Shown here: positions 30,012 through 40,756 of the stretch, one piece after another | Layout of the letters: each line of letters opens with the position of its first letter | Numbering within the stretch: position 1 is the first letter of the stretch | From: Candidatus Kuenenbacteria bacterium | GTDB lineage: Bacteria; Patescibacteriota; Patescibacteriia; UBA2196; GWA2-42-15 | DNA: 64,000 nucleotides | NCBI GenBank assembly: GCA_012797775.1 | Contig: JAAZOM010000029.1 | Location: forward strand, 3,722 to 67,721 | Direction: 5' to 3' | Notes under the pieces: model-generated | Database searches by the model: none | The model's input: the letters and a program-made list of their open reading frames with translations, nothing else | Told to the model about the DNA's origin: nothing | Program-made: the position numbers and the translations under genes

Positions 30012-30668
30012 ATGACACAATTTTTAAACATAAAAAATAAGAAAGTGGTGGGAGTTGCTGTTGAGGTGTTAAATTCTGGTGGTGTTTTGGTATTTCCGAC
30101 AGAGACGGCTTATGGGCTGGCGGCGGACGCTGGGAGCAAAAAGGCGATTGAAAAGATTTATAAAATTAAAGGCAGGATGGCTAGTAAGTTTTTGCCATTA
30201 ATTGTAGGAAGCTTGAAGCAGATGCAGGAATTTTTTGAATTGGGCGAAAAAGAATTAGAGTTGGCAAAGAAGCATAAGGGGTTGACAATTATATTGAAAA
30301 TCAAAAATCCCCGGCCTCGACAAGCGAAGCGGGGCGGGCAAAAATCAAAAATAAGGAAGATTTATTTATTAAAAGGGCAGAATGATTGTGCGGTGAGAAT
30401 TTCTAAATATAAATTGGCGAGAGAGCTGGCCCTAAAATTGGGTCGGCCAATCACAGCCACCAGCGCCAATGTAAGTGGTGGAGAGAATTGTTATGGCTTA
30501 GAAGAAGTCACCGGCCAATTAAAAAATATAAAAACTCAGCCAGACTTGATTATTGATGGGGGTAGATTAAAAAAAAGAAAACCCTCAACTATTGTGAGGG
30601 TTGAGGGCGGAAAGGTGGAAGTGGTGAGACGGGGGGAGATAAAAATAAACTCAAAAGTTAAAACTTAA
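30012..30668 (+). CDS. tsaC: Threonylcarbamoyl-AMP synthase (TsaC/YrdC)
   Basis: FPTETAYGL, KGR, ATSANVSG, PSTIV. Confidence 0.92.
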   Translation: MTQFLNIKNKKVVGVAVEVLNSGGVLVFPTETAYGLAADAGSKKAIEKIYKIKGRMASKFLPLIVGSLKQMQEFFELGEKELELAKKHKGLTIILKIKNPRPRQAKRGGQKSKIRKIYLLKGQNDCAVRISKYKLARELALKLGRPITATSANVSGGENCYGLEEVTGQLKNIKTQPDLIIDGGRLKKRKPSTIVRVEGGKVEVVRRGEIKINSKVKT

Positions 30669-30687
30669 AAGTCAAAACCAAGGAAGA

Positions 30688-31743
30688 TTATTTATTAAAA
30701 TGGAAATAGACTGTGTCGCCGTCTTGCATGATATAGTCTTTGCCTTCGAGATGCATGAGTCCTTTTTCTTTGACTTTGGCTTCGGAGCCACAGGTGAGGA
30801 GATCTTGCCAATTGATGATTTCGGCGCGGATGAAGCCAGCTTCAAAATCGGTGTGAATCTCACCGGCAGCTTGGGGCGCCTTAGTCCCTTTTTTAATGGG
30901 CCAAGCATGGGCTTCTTTGGGGCCGGCGGTAAAGAAGGTGATCAGATCTAAGAGTTTATAACTGGCAGTGATTAGTTGCTCCAGGCCAGTTTGGGGCAAG
31001 CCAAGTTCGGCTAAATATTTTTTGGCCTCAGCGTCATCTAATTCAGCCAGCTCGGATTCTAGTTTGGCGCAGATGGGGATGGAATTTGGGATAGAGGGAG
31101 TAAAATTTTTGAGATGGTCTTCATCAATATTTTCAATATATAATTCGGGTTTGAGAGTGAGAAGACTGAAATTTTTTATTAGCTTTAAATCGTCAGAAGA
31201 AAATTCCGAGATATCTGGTTTCTGGCCTTGGTCCAGAAAAGTTTTTATATGAGTTAGTATTTGTTCCGTTTTGATAGCCTCTTTGTCGCCGGCCTTGGTT
31301 TTTTCTTTGAGGCGATGGAGGGCATTTTCAACAGCAGTTAGATCAGCCATAGCCAGTTCTGTAGCAATGGTGGATAGATCTTCAGCTGGATCGACACGGC
31401 CTTCGACATGAATGATATTGCTATCTTCAAAATTTCTAATAACATGAGCAATAGCATCGACCTCTCTAATATGAGAGAGAAATTTATTGCCGAGTCCTTG
31501 GCCTTGGTGGGCGTCTTTGACTAGGCCGGCAATATCCACAAACTCAATTGTGGCTGGGACGAATTTTTCCGAATTGAATAGTTCATTTAGGGCATCAAGT
31601 CTTTTGTCAGGAACAGCAACCACACCAACGTTGGGATCGATGGTACAAAAAGGGTAATTGGCGGCGTCAACTTGTTTTTTGGTCAAGGCTTTAAAAAGAG
31701 TTGATTTGCCAACATTGGGGAGACCCACTATGCCTATTTGCAT
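30688..31743 (-). CDS. ychF: Redox-regulated ATPase YchF
   Basis: GLPNVGKST, NYPFCTI, DIAGLV. Confidence 0.97.
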   Translation of the reverse strand: MQIGIVGLPNVGKSTLFKALTKKQVDAANYPFCTIDPNVGVVAVPDKRLDALNELFNSEKFVPATIEFVDIAGLVKDAHQGQGLGNKFLSHIREVDAIAHVIRNFEDSNIIHVEGRVDPAEDLSTIATELAMADLTAVENALHRLKEKTKAGDKEAIKTEQILTHIKTFLDQGQKPDISEFSSDDLKLIKNFSLLTLKPELYIENIDEDHLKNFTPSIPNSIPICAKLESELAELDDAEAKKYLAELGLPQTGLEQLITASYKLLDLITFFTAGPKEAHAWPIKKGTKAPQAAGEIHTDFEAGFIRAEIINWQDLLTCGSEAKVKEKGLMHLEGKDYIMQDGDTVYFHFNK

Positions 31744-31872
31744 AAATCTACAAATTTACGAATTAGTTACAAATTTACAAATAATAAAATGGTGTATTGA
31801 TTGATTTCAGATTATCATCTATACTATAGTAAATCAAGTTAATTAAGTAAAATTTAAGAAATTTATAGGGTT

Positions 31873-32328
31873 ATGAAAATTGTAGTAGATACCAATATTT
31901 TGATGGATGCTTGGAGTGATAATTTTAGCTATGCTCGGAAAATTGTTGATGCGGTGATCCGGGGAGATATTGCGGCCGTGGCTTCACATAAAATTTGGAG
32001 GGAATACCAGTTGATTTTGGACAGGCTGGTGAATGATGAAGAACACTATAATTTGGCCAATAGTTTTTTTGCTGCAGTGGAGATGGTCGAGGTACGAAGG
32101 CGAGTAAACGTGGTTAAGTATGATCGGGATGATAATAAGTTTTTTGCCTGTGCAGAAGAAGCAGGAGCAGAATATATTGTGTCCAATGATATGCACTTAA
32201 TTGAAGTGGGAGAATATAAAGGAATTCGAGCGATGAAGCCAAAAGATTTTTGGTTGGGATATGAGGCAGGGGGTAAAGATGACGGTGCGGATTGGAAGAA
32301 TTGGATGAAGGGGATATTGGGAAAGTAG
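31873..32328 (+). CDS. PIN-domain protein
   Basis: IVVDTN, DRDDNKF, IVSND.HL. Confidence 0.88.
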   Translation: MKIVVDTNILMDAWSDNFSYARKIVDAVIRGDIAAVASHKIWREYQLILDRLVNDEEHYNLANSFFAAVEMVEVRRRVNVVKYDRDDNKFFACAEEAGAEYIVSNDMHLIEVGEYKGIRAMKPKDFWLGYEAGGKDDGADWKNWMKGILGK

Positions 32329-32415
32329 GGAAGTAGGGTAAAATTAAAAAATCAAAATGTAAAATCATGGTAATTAAAATAACTCCGCCGAGGCGGAGTT
32401 ATTTTAATTGTTTTT

Positions 32416-34185
32416 TTATTTCAATTCGCCAATGGCTTGGAGACGGAGAAGATCAGTGTAGATACCATTTTTGTTTTTTAATAATTCTTCATGGGAGCCA
32501 GCCTCGGCGATGCGGCCATCTTTGACTACAAATATTTTGTCGGCATTGATAACAGTGGAAAGGCGGTGGGCAATAATAACCATGGTTTGTTTTCTGGATA
32601 TTTTTTCAATTGATTTTTGGATTAATTTTTCTGAATGAGTATCTAAATTACTAGTAGCCTCATCAAAGATAAGAATTTTGGGATTGGAGAGAATTGCCCT
32701 AGCAATGCCAACCCTTTGTTTTTGTCCGCCAGAGAGTTTTATGCCTCTTTCTCCCACCAGCGTGTCATAACCATTTTCGAGAGAATTAATAAAATCGATG
32801 TTGGCAATTTTGGCAGCCTCTTCTATTTCTGTCTGAGTGGCCTCTGGTCGGCCATAGGCAATATTTTCTCGAAGAGAGGTATTAAATATTTCCACATCTT
32901 GAGGTACGATAGCCAACTGTGAACGGTAATTATAGATATCGTAGTCTTTGATGTTTTGTCCGTCGATTAATATTTTTCCGGTAGTGACATCATAGTGGCG
33001 ATAAACCAGCTTGACAATGGTGGACTTTCCTCCGCCAGAGGGCCCGACCAAGGCCACTGTTTCACCGGGACTGATTTTTAGATTTATATTTTCTAAAGCT
33101 CTAAAGCGACTTTCTTTATGATAGGCGAAAGAGACGTTATCAAAAATTATTTCTCCTTTTATGGTTATATTTTGGGCGTTTTGTTTGTTTGTTAAAGAAG
33201 ATTTTTCTGATAAGAGGCTGGTGATGCGTTCGACGCCAGTAGAATTTTCAATCAGGCGGTCGTAGGTGCGGGAGAGGCGGAAAAGTGCGTGGTAGGCGGT
33301 TTCGGAAAGAGTGATAAAGAAAACTAGACTGCCGACGGTAATGGTTTTTTGCCAGGCAAAATAAGCACTCAAAAGTATAACACTCACGCGGCCCAAATCA
33401 ACAACGATGCTACGCAAAAGGTTGTAATTTAAAACGACTGGCCACTCGGTGTTTTCCATGATAGCTATTTTGTTTCGGATATCTTGGTATTTTTTGGTTT
33501 CGTTTTTTTCCTGGACAAATGACTGGACAGTATAGATATTGATTATTGATTGGCCGAGAATGCCGGCAGCGTTTTCATATTCTTCGTGTCGGCGGGTGCG
33601 TAGAGGGTTGGTGATTTTATTCATTTTAAGGGTGATAACAATAAAAATCGGCACGAAGGCGATAAAGACCAAAGAGACCTGCCAGCTAAAATAAAGCATG
33701 GAGAAAAAAGTAAAAAGTATTTGGGTGATAGTGGGGAAAAATTCCCAGGAGGCATTGGCCAGGAGTTCAGTTAGGCGGTCAATCCCGCGTTGAACTTTCA
33801 TGATTTTGTTGCCGGTGTTTTCACGTTCGTGATAGCCGAGTGAAAGGGAAACTAATTTTTTTTGGAGATCGATCGGCAAGCTGTATTCAATAAGGATGAG
33901 GAAATCAAAGATTTTTTTGTCCTTAAAATAATGAATTAGGGTGACAAAAACGTCGGTGGCGAGCATCAAACAAACAAAGGAAATAAGTTTTAAAAATTCA
34001 ATATCTTTTTGGCCGGTCAGAAGGTCAATGATCAGCTTCATGAAATAGGGATTAATGAGTTTGAGTAATTCAAAAATACTGATCATGGTGAAGAGCCAGA
34101 TCATTTTTTTCTGGAATGGCTGAAGGATAGACCAAAGTTTTTGCCAAAATTCTTTGGTGATGACGTTTTTATTTTTAATATCCAT
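32416..34185 (-). CDS. ABC exporter (TMD-NBD fusion)
   Basis: GPSGGGKST, LSGGQ, DEATS. Confidence 0.95.
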   Translation of the reverse strand: MDIKNKNVITKEFWQKLWSILQPFQKKMIWLFTMISIFELLKLINPYFMKLIIDLLTGQKDIEFLKLISFVCLMLATDVFVTLIHYFKDKKIFDFLILIEYSLPIDLQKKLVSLSLGYHERENTGNKIMKVQRGIDRLTELLANASWEFFPTITQILFTFFSMLYFSWQVSLVFIAFVPIFIVITLKMNKITNPLRTRRHEEYENAAGILGQSIINIYTVQSFVQEKNETKKYQDIRNKIAIMENTEWPVVLNYNLLRSIVVDLGRVSVILLSAYFAWQKTITVGSLVFFITLSETAYHALFRLSRTYDRLIENSTGVERITSLLSEKSSLTNKQNAQNITIKGEIIFDNVSFAYHKESRFRALENINLKISPGETVALVGPSGGGKSTIVKLVYRHYDVTTGKILIDGQNIKDYDIYNYRSQLAIVPQDVEIFNTSLRENIAYGRPEATQTEIEEAAKIANIDFINSLENGYDTLVGERGIKLSGGQKQRVGIARAILSNPKILIFDEATSNLDTHSEKLIQKSIEKISRKQTMVIIAHRLSTVINADKIFVVKDGRIAEAGSHEELLKNKNGIYTDLLRLQAIGELK

Positions 34186-34186
34186 A

Positions 34187-35017
34187 TTATTTGGAAAATT
34201 TTAGAGTGTTTTTGAGTAAGATGGCGACCGTGATGGGGCCGACGCCGCCGGGCACAGGAGTAATGGCAGAACAGATATTTTTTACATTGAAATCAACATC
34301 ACCGACGGTTTTGTTTTGCAGTTTATTGATGCCAATATCAATGACGATGGCGCCGGGTTTGATATATTTTTTGGTGATAAATCGTGGTTGGCCGATGGCG
34401 ACAATTAATAAATCTGCTTTTCGGGTTTTAGCGGCTAGGTTTTTGGTAGTGTGATCATAGGCAGCAACCTGGCGGCATTTATTTTTTAGATGATAGTAAA
34501 TAGGTAGGCCAGCGATTTGGCTTTTGCCAATGACGGCGGTTGATTTGTTTTTTAAATTTATTTTGAGTGAATCTAAAATAGCGGCAACAGCGCCGGCAGT
34601 GGCGGGCAGGACAGACGTTTTTTGGCCAGCGGCTAATGTTTTTAGATTTTTAGGATGAATACCGTCGGCGTCTTTGGTCGGGTTAATGGCAGAAATAATT
34701 TTGTCAGTATCAAGTTTTTTGGGCAGTGGCAGTTGGACTAAAATAGCGGAAATAGAAGCGTCTTGGTTGAGTTTTTGGATTAGTTCTAAAATTTTTGGTT
34801 GGCTGGTTGAGGCAGGGAAGAGATATTTTTTAAATTTTATACCAACATCTCTAGCACGTTTTTCTTTGAGAGAGACATAGAGATGGGAGGCAGGATTTTT
34901 GCCGATCAAAATTACGGCCAAACAAGGCTTCTGTTTTTGAGGGAGCTTGGAAATTTGTTTTTTGAGCCGTGATAAAAGAGTAGCGGCTATTTTTTGGCCA
35001 TTAATGATTTTCGTCAT
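34187..35017 (-). CDS. folD: Methylenetetrahydrofolate dehydrogenase/cyclohydrolase
   Basis: VQLPLP, KDADG, TPVPGGVGP; ATG 35017 lies 7 nt after TATAAT. Confidence 0.96.
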   Translation of the reverse strand: MTKIINGQKIAATLLSRLKKQISKLPQKQKPCLAVILIGKNPASHLYVSLKEKRARDVGIKFKKYLFPASTSQPKILELIQKLNQDASISAILVQLPLPKKLDTDKIISAINPTKDADGIHPKNLKTLAAGQKTSVLPATAGAVAAILDSLKINLKNKSTAVIGKSQIAGLPIYYHLKNKCRQVAAYDHTTKNLAAKTRKADLLIVAIGQPRFITKKYIKPGAIVIDIGINKLQNKTVGDVDFNVKNICSAITPVPGGVGPITVAILLKNTLKFSK

Positions 35018-35230
35018 AGGATTGATTATAGCCAATTTTTGCGAAAAAATCAAGGAAAGAAGCAGTAAGCGAGGTAGGCGAGATAAGTGAGTTAAGTAAA
35101 TCAAGAAAGACAATAGTTATAGGGGGCTTGACTTTTTTGAGGGGGGGGGTAGAATGAGGGGAAAATAAAAGTACCAAACAAACCATATTTACAAAATTAG
35201 TTGTTGGTCTTTAAAAGTAGGAGGTGAGCT

Positions 35231-35797
35231 ATGTTTTTTCTGTGGCTAGCTGTAGCGTTCGTCGTGTCTGGGCTTCTCTCTTTTTGGCGTTTTAAACTAT
35301 TAGAAAAAAGAGAATACTATGATCGTAATTATGAAGAGCCCACATGGGAGACGTCAGGGATTATATTTTTTGTTGTTGCGGCTTTTTTGGTTGTATTGGG
35401 TTTGTTTATCAGCCTTATTTCCAATTCCAACCAAAGAGGCGATTTTGAGGATTTGCATATGCTTAAAGAGACCCAGGTAATATATCAGGAAAAAGCCGAG
35501 GCTCTAACCCAGCAGTTCGCCAAGTATTTGGCAGAACAATATCCAGATCAAGAGCGCTTCATTTTTGACAAAATCGATCCGGATAAGGTGGCTTTGTATC
35601 TGGTCAAATATCCGGAGATTAAATCGTCCGAGACCCTGATGGCATTAGTGGTGGAGATAGGCAAGTTGCAGGCTCAGGTTTACGATCAAAGGATTAAGCG
35701 CGCTCAAATTAAAAGAGACATCAGGTTTCGGCTGGTGAATCCTTGGCGGTTGAATTTTTTAATTAGTGAACCGCCCGCTGAACTGATGGGCGATTAA
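35231..35797 (+). CDS. Hypothetical membrane protein
   Basis: SD AGGAGGTG, two TM segments, terminator downstream. Confidence 0.75.
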   Translation: MFFLWLAVAFVVSGLLSFWRFKLLEKREYYDRNYEEPTWETSGIIFFVVAAFLVVLGLFISLISNSNQRGDFEDLHMLKETQVIYQEKAEALTQQFAKYLAEQYPDQERFIFDKIDPDKVALYLVKYPEIKSSETLMALVVEIGKLQAQVYDQRIKRAQIKRDIRFRLVNPWRLNFLISEPPAELMGD

Positions 35798-35980
35798 ATA
35801 AAGTGTTGGCGTGTGGACGGAGATCAGAAGTTTGGTCTCCGTTTTTTTTATTTTTTAAAACAGGCGTCAGACCATAGGTTGAGTTCCGCATAATTAAAAG
35901 ACGGCATTAGAATGTCGTCTTTATAAGTTAGTTGGGATTAATCATCGGGCTCCAAGTTAAACTTGGAGCCAACGTGCAGA

Positions 35981-37246
35981 TTAAATTCCCGGTACTGGGA
36001 ATTGCGAGCACGTGGCTTCGACTTCGGATTTTATTTCATTAAGTTTGGAGTCGTTGGTGTGGTTTTGGAGTGCGGCGATAATCCAGTGGGCGATTTTTTG
36101 CATTTCGGTTTCTTTCATCCCTCGGGTGGTAGCGGCGGGCGTGCCAAGGCGAATACCGGAGGGGCGGAGTGGGGGATTGGGATCATCAGGAATAATTTGC
36201 TTATTAACAGTGATAGAAATTTTGTCCAGAGTTTTTTCGGCCGAGGTGCCGTCTAGATTAAAACTTTCAACAGTATTAATAACCAGCATATGATTATCAG
36301 TGCCATTAGTGATGAGTTTTATGTTGTTGTCCAAAAAGATCTGGGCTAGAGTTTTGGCGTTAATTAAAATTTGTTTCGCGTATTCTTTAAATTCTGGTTG
36401 GAGTGCTTTGCCGAGAGCTACGGCGATGGCGGCAATGGTGTGCATGTGCGGGCCGCCCTGAAGACCGGGAAAAACAGATTTGTCAATTTGTTTGGCGTAT
36501 TTTTCTTTGCAGAGGATCAGGCCAGCACGCGGGCCACGGAGGGATTTGTGGGTGGTGGTAGTCATAATATCAAAACCAAAATCTAGAGGGTTTTTCATGA
36601 CATCGCCGGCAATGAGCCCACCGATGTGCGACGTGTCTGCCATAGTAAGGGCACCAACCTCATCGGCAATTTTTTTAAATGCCGCATAATCTAGATCGCG
36701 AGGGTAGGAAGTATAACCGCAGAGAATAATTTTGGGCTTGGCTTCTAGGGCGACACGACGGAGCTCTTCAAAGTCAATGCGACCATTTTCTTCGGGGATG
36801 GTTTTGTAGCGAATAAAATTAAAAATTTGGCCCATGTGAGAAACTGGAGCGCCATGAGTCAGGTGACCGCCGTGAGAAAGGTCCATACCAAGAATCGTGT
36901 CACCGGGTTGGCAAAAAGTCAGATAAACTGCCTGATTCATGGGTGAGCCGGAAAGTGCCTGGACATTGGCATGTTCGGCGCGAAAGAGTTTTTTGGCGCG
37001 CTCGATAGCTAGCGTTTCTACGACATCGGTAAATTTTTGTCCGCCATAATAGCGTCGGCCAGGATACCCTTCCGAATATTTATTGGTGAGAATTGAGCCA
37101 TTAGCGGCAAAGACCTCCGGCCAAGTATAGTTTTCCGAAGGGATAAGCTCGATGCCTTTTTGTTCACGTTTTTCTTCACCAAGGATGGCGGCGTAAATTT
37201 CGGGGTCATTATTTTTTAATTGTTCAAGATTGGCAGAAGTATTCAT
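35981..37246 (-). CDS. glyA: Serine hydroxymethyltransferase
   Basis: ELIPSEN, YSEGYPG, TTTHKSLRGPR. Confidence 0.98.
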   Translation of the reverse strand: MNTSANLEQLKNNDPEIYAAILGEEKREQKGIELIPSENYTWPEVFAANGSILTNKYSEGYPGRRYYGGQKFTDVVETLAIERAKKLFRAEHANVQALSGSPMNQAVYLTFCQPGDTILGMDLSHGGHLTHGAPVSHMGQIFNFIRYKTIPEENGRIDFEELRRVALEAKPKIILCGYTSYPRDLDYAAFKKIADEVGALTMADTSHIGGLIAGDVMKNPLDFGFDIMTTTTHKSLRGPRAGLILCKEKYAKQIDKSVFPGLQGGPHMHTIAAIAVALGKALQPEFKEYAKQILINAKTLAQIFLDNNIKLITNGTDNHMLVINTVESFNLDGTSAEKTLDKISITVNKQIIPDDPNPPLRPSGIRLGTPAATTRGMKETEMQKIAHWIIAALQNHTNDSKLNEIKSEVEATCSQFPVPGI

Positions 37247-37247
37247 G

Positions 37248-37652
37248 TTATTTTTTTATAAAACAATTAAAGTCTGGTAGCTGGAGGAAATTTATTTTAA
37301 AAAGTAAGAAGATAATCAGAGTATAGAGCGTGGCAATTATAAAATGTTTGAAAAATCTTTTTTTTGAATGTTCGTGTTCTTTGCCAAGTGCCTTTATGGC
37401 ACCGTAATGAACAAGCATTAGCCCAACCACGTTTGTTAGCCAGTAACCGAAAATCATAGCGGGTAGAAATATTTTTTGTGAGATCAGACCAAAGGGCAAA
37501 GAAAAGAAATAAGCAATAGGGATATTGAGGATAAGATCATTCCACCAGGAAAAAGGAGAAAGGAGATAACCGATAAGCACTAAAATACCGCCATGAATTT
37601 TTTGGGGTGGTTTTTTAATTATTAATTCAGGATTTTCTTTTTGGTTTTCCAC
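37248..37652 (-). CDS. Hypothetical membrane protein
   Basis: LSPFSWWND; hydrophobic; operonic spacing. Confidence 0.75.
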   Translation of the reverse strand: MENQKENPELIIKKPPQKIHGGILVLIGYLLSPFSWWNDLILNIPIAYFFSLPFGLISQKIFLPAMIFGYWLTNVVGLMLVHYGAIKALGKEHEHSKKRFFKHFIIATLYTLIIFLLFKINFLQLPDFNCFIKK

Positions 37653-38136
37653 CGGCGTAAATTTTTTGATATGCCTTGATGGTTGGCTTGATATTTGGAG
37701 AACAATTTTTGGGAAGATTATTTATATCAAACCATTGTATAGCTAGAATGTCTTTTCCCTGTTTGGGGCGTTCTTTTGTTGCCGCTAAGTAATGAATAAG
37801 GATAATCAGTTCAGGTTGTTTTTGGCCAGTTTCTGGTTTTTCTTGCCAGAGGGCCATTACAGGCAGGTCACCGATTATTTTTATTTTAACTCCGATTTCT
37901 TCTTTGGCTTCACGGATGGCATTTTCTTTTAGATCCCAACCTTTGAGCAGTTTGCCGCCGCAAAATTTCCATTTGAGTTTTTTGAGGGGCTTGTCGCCAT
38001 GTTTCACAAGTAGTGTTTGTAGTTTACCTTCTTTTTTTTGAATAATAACCGGGCCAGAGGCAATCATGGTTTTGAAGATGCCAATTTTTCCAGTTTTTGT
38101 TGCGTTTATATTTTTTGGGGTTTTAAGTTTATTCAT
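37627..38136 (-). CDS. NUDIX hydrolase
   Basis: GG....ENAIREAKEEIG. Confidence 0.88.
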   Translation of the reverse strand: MNKLKTPKNINATKTGKIGIFKTMIASGPVIIQKKEGKLQTLLVKHGDKPLKKLKWKFCGGKLLKGWDLKENAIREAKEEIGVKIKIIGDLPVMALWQEKPETGQKQPELIILIHYLAATKERPKQGKDILAIQWFDINNLPKNCSPNIKPTIKAYQKIYAGGKPKRKS

Positions 38137-38154
38137 ATGGTTATAGTAGCAGAT

Positions 38155-39777
38155 TTACAAACTTTTTACCATGTAGGTATTTTCTAGTTTATAGCCCAGT
38201 TTTTTATAATAACCGCGGACGCCGATGCCGGAGATAATCGAGAGTTTTTGATAATGATTTTGGTGCGTGATTTTTTCGGCTTGGGTGAGGAGTTTTTTGC
38301 CAAGGCCAGTATGCTGAACGGCACCTTTTTGATTAAGGGGGACCATTTCGCCATAAGTGTGGAGCTCGCGAAGGAGGGCGGTAGGTTGGTAGGGAGGTAG
38401 GTTGGTAGGGAGGTAGGTTGGTAAGAAGAGGCGGCAGAAGGCATAGAGAATTTTTTGGTCCGGCGATTCATAGCTCAAAAAATATTCGGTGCCGTTGGAT
38501 ACTGGATAGGTTCTAATAAATAATTTAGGATTTAGGACTTTGGATTTATTTGGAAATTGGAAATTGGAAATTGGAAATTGATTTTGGTGCCCGGCTTCAC
38601 GGCAACGGATACATTGGCAAGTGAGATTTTGTTTAGTCATGGAAAATTTTATTTCCTGGCGGAGGTTGGTGATTTTGTTGCCAGCAATAATGGATTCTTC
38701 CGGAATGTCTCTGATAATTCTAATCAGGCGTACCCAGGGTGGAGTGATGGTTTTTATTTTAATAATTAAATTGGTCAGGGCTTTGTCTGAATAGGCATGC
38801 CATTTACCTTTTTGCCACCATTGATAGAGAAGAGAATTTCGGGCGACAACGCAGGGATAAATTTTAATTTGGTCAGGCTGAAAGTGCGGGTCGGAATAAA
38901 TACGCTTGAACATCGTTAAGTCTTTGGCTGGGGTAGAGCCGGGTAGATTAAGCATCAGATGGTAAGTAATTTTAAAACCAAATTGACGGAGTAGGGCAGT
39001 AGCTTTGATAGTTTGAGCAACGAGGTGGCCGCGTTTGTTGAGTTTGAGAATTTGATCATCAAGATGCTGGACGCCGATTTCCACGCGCGTACAACCAAGG
39101 AGACGCATAGTTTGTAATTCTTTTTCATTGATATAGTCGGGCCGAGTTTCTAGGGTAAGACCAATGATACGATTGGTGGCAGATTCGTTTTTTTTCTGCT
39201 CGTGCAAGAGTTGTTTTTGCAGGAGTTGGGTATTTAACGCTTTGTTAGCTTTTTTATTTTTGGGAAAGTCATTGGCGGCACGAAAACATTCTTTAATAAA
39301 CCAGAATTGATATTTTTTTGGATAATAGGACCAGGTGCCACCGAGGACAATTAATTCTAATTTATCAGTAGCGTGCCCGTTGTTTTGGAGAGCGCGGAGG
39401 CGCATCTGGACTTGTTTATAAGGATCAAATTTGCAAAGCACGGCGCGCATAACGGCTGGTTCATTTTTGAGATAGCTGACGGGCATTTTTTTCTGATGTG
39501 GACAATAGGCACAGGTGCCGGGGCAGGGATGGGGCTTGGCCAAAACGGTGACGGCGGCAATACCAGAAAGAGTGCGGACTTTGCGCTTGCGTAAAAATTT
39601 TAAAAGATGTGAATGGGGCTCATGTGTCTTTTTTAATTCTAGTAAAAGTTCAGAGTTGGTCGGCGGTTCAGCCATTTTAAATTTTTTGGCAAAGAGACGT
39701 TTGGCCACGGATAATTCTTCCTCGGCTTGAGGAGGATTTTTTTGGAGATATTTGATTAGCTCAGAAGAGATGGACAT
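38155..39777 (-). CDS. Elp3-family radical SAM/KAT tRNA U34 modification enzyme
   Basis: CPGTCAYCP, GGT, ETRPD, RELHTYG, QHTGLG, GVRGYY. Confidence 0.93.
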   Translation of the reverse strand: MSISSELIKYLQKNPPQAEEELSVAKRLFAKKFKMAEPPTNSELLLELKKTHEPHSHLLKFLRKRKVRTLSGIAAVTVLAKPHPCPGTCAYCPHQKKMPVSYLKNEPAVMRAVLCKFDPYKQVQMRLRALQNNGHATDKLELIVLGGTWSYYPKKYQFWFIKECFRAANDFPKNKKANKALNTQLLQKQLLHEQKKNESATNRIIGLTLETRPDYINEKELQTMRLLGCTRVEIGVQHLDDQILKLNKRGHLVAQTIKATALLRQFGFKITYHLMLNLPGSTPAKDLTMFKRIYSDPHFQPDQIKIYPCVVARNSLLYQWWQKGKWHAYSDKALTNLIIKIKTITPPWVRLIRIIRDIPEESIIAGNKITNLRQEIKFSMTKQNLTCQCIRCREAGHQNQFPISNFQFPNKSKVLNPKLFIRTYPVSNGTEYFLSYESPDQKILYAFCRLFLPTYLPTNLPPYQPTALLRELHTYGEMVPLNQKGAVQHTGLGKKLLTQAEKITHQNHYQKLSIISGIGVRGYYKKLGYKLENTYMVKSL

Positions 39778-39914
39778 AGTGAGGTTATTATATAAGTAGG
39801 GGGGAGATAGTCAAGGAATCTACGAATATACAAATCAGTTATGAATATACGAATAAATACCATAATTCATAATACATTATTCATAATTCATTTTTTGTGT
39901 TAGATTGAGGATAT

Positions 39915-40727
39915 ATGAATAATGAACAAGCAAAAAGAATAATGGAAATTAGCAAAAAGACCTACGAGATGATTGCGGCGGATTTTTCAGCGACGAGAAA
40001 TAGGGTGTGGCCCGAGATGGAGATATTGGTCAAAAAGTATGTAAAGCCGGGGATGAAGGTGTTGGATTTGGGGTGTGGGAATGGGAGACTTTTGGAGGTT
40101 TTACCGGAGGTGGAATATTGGGGAGTGGACGTGTCAGAAGGATTGGTGGGAGAGGCAGAAGATAAACTCAAAACTCAAAACTCAAAACTCAAAACAGTTT
40201 TTAGGGTGTTGGATATGTTGGAGCTGGAAAAACTGGGAGAGAAAAATTTTGATGTGGTATTTATGTTTGCGAGTTTGAACCATATTGCGGGAGAAGAAAA
40301 TAGATTGAAAGTTTTGGAAGAGATAAAAAAAATATTAAAGCCGGGCGGAGTGGTGGTGATGACGAATTGGAATATGTGGCAGGTGGGGGCGGGGAAGAAC
40401 ATGTGGAGATATAAATTACAATTTTCAAGATACAAGATACAAGATACAAATAAATCCCAAATTTCAAATTCCAAATCCAAAATAAATCCCAAATTTCAAA
40501 TTCCAAAATTTGGTTTAGGATTTAGGGATGCGATGACGAGATGGCAGAGTGGAGACAAAAAAAGGGTCGGGGAGCTTTATTACCGAGCGTTTAATTTGGT
40601 GGAGTTGAGAAAATTGATGCGGGAGGCGGAGTTTGAGGTGGTGGAGAATTATTATTCTTTGGATGGGAAGAGGGCGTGTTGGTGGAATGGAAGGAATATT
40701 GTGAGTGTGGGAAAATTTAATGGATAA
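39915..40727 (+). CDS. Class I SAM-dependent methyltransferase with repeat-derived inserts
   Basis: FSATR, VLDLGCGNG, LKPGG. Confidence 0.9.
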   Translation: MNNEQAKRIMEISKKTYEMIAADFSATRNRVWPEMEILVKKYVKPGMKVLDLGCGNGRLLEVLPEVEYWGVDVSEGLVGEAEDKLKTQNSKLKTVFRVLDMLELEKLGEKNFDVVFMFASLNHIAGEENRLKVLEEIKKILKPGGVVVMTNWNMWQVGAGKNMWRYKLQFSRYKIQDTNKSQISNSKSKINPKFQIPKFGLGFRDAMTRWQSGDKKRVGELYYRAFNLVELRKLMREAEFEVVENYYSLDGKRACWWNGRNIVSVGKFNG

Positions 40728-40756
40728 TTGTTGGTTTAAATGATAGAATATATTAT

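Noticed and set aside
33022-33032. RNase P-like GAGGAAAGTCC on the minus strand
   Set aside because: It encodes the ABC transporter Walker A motif
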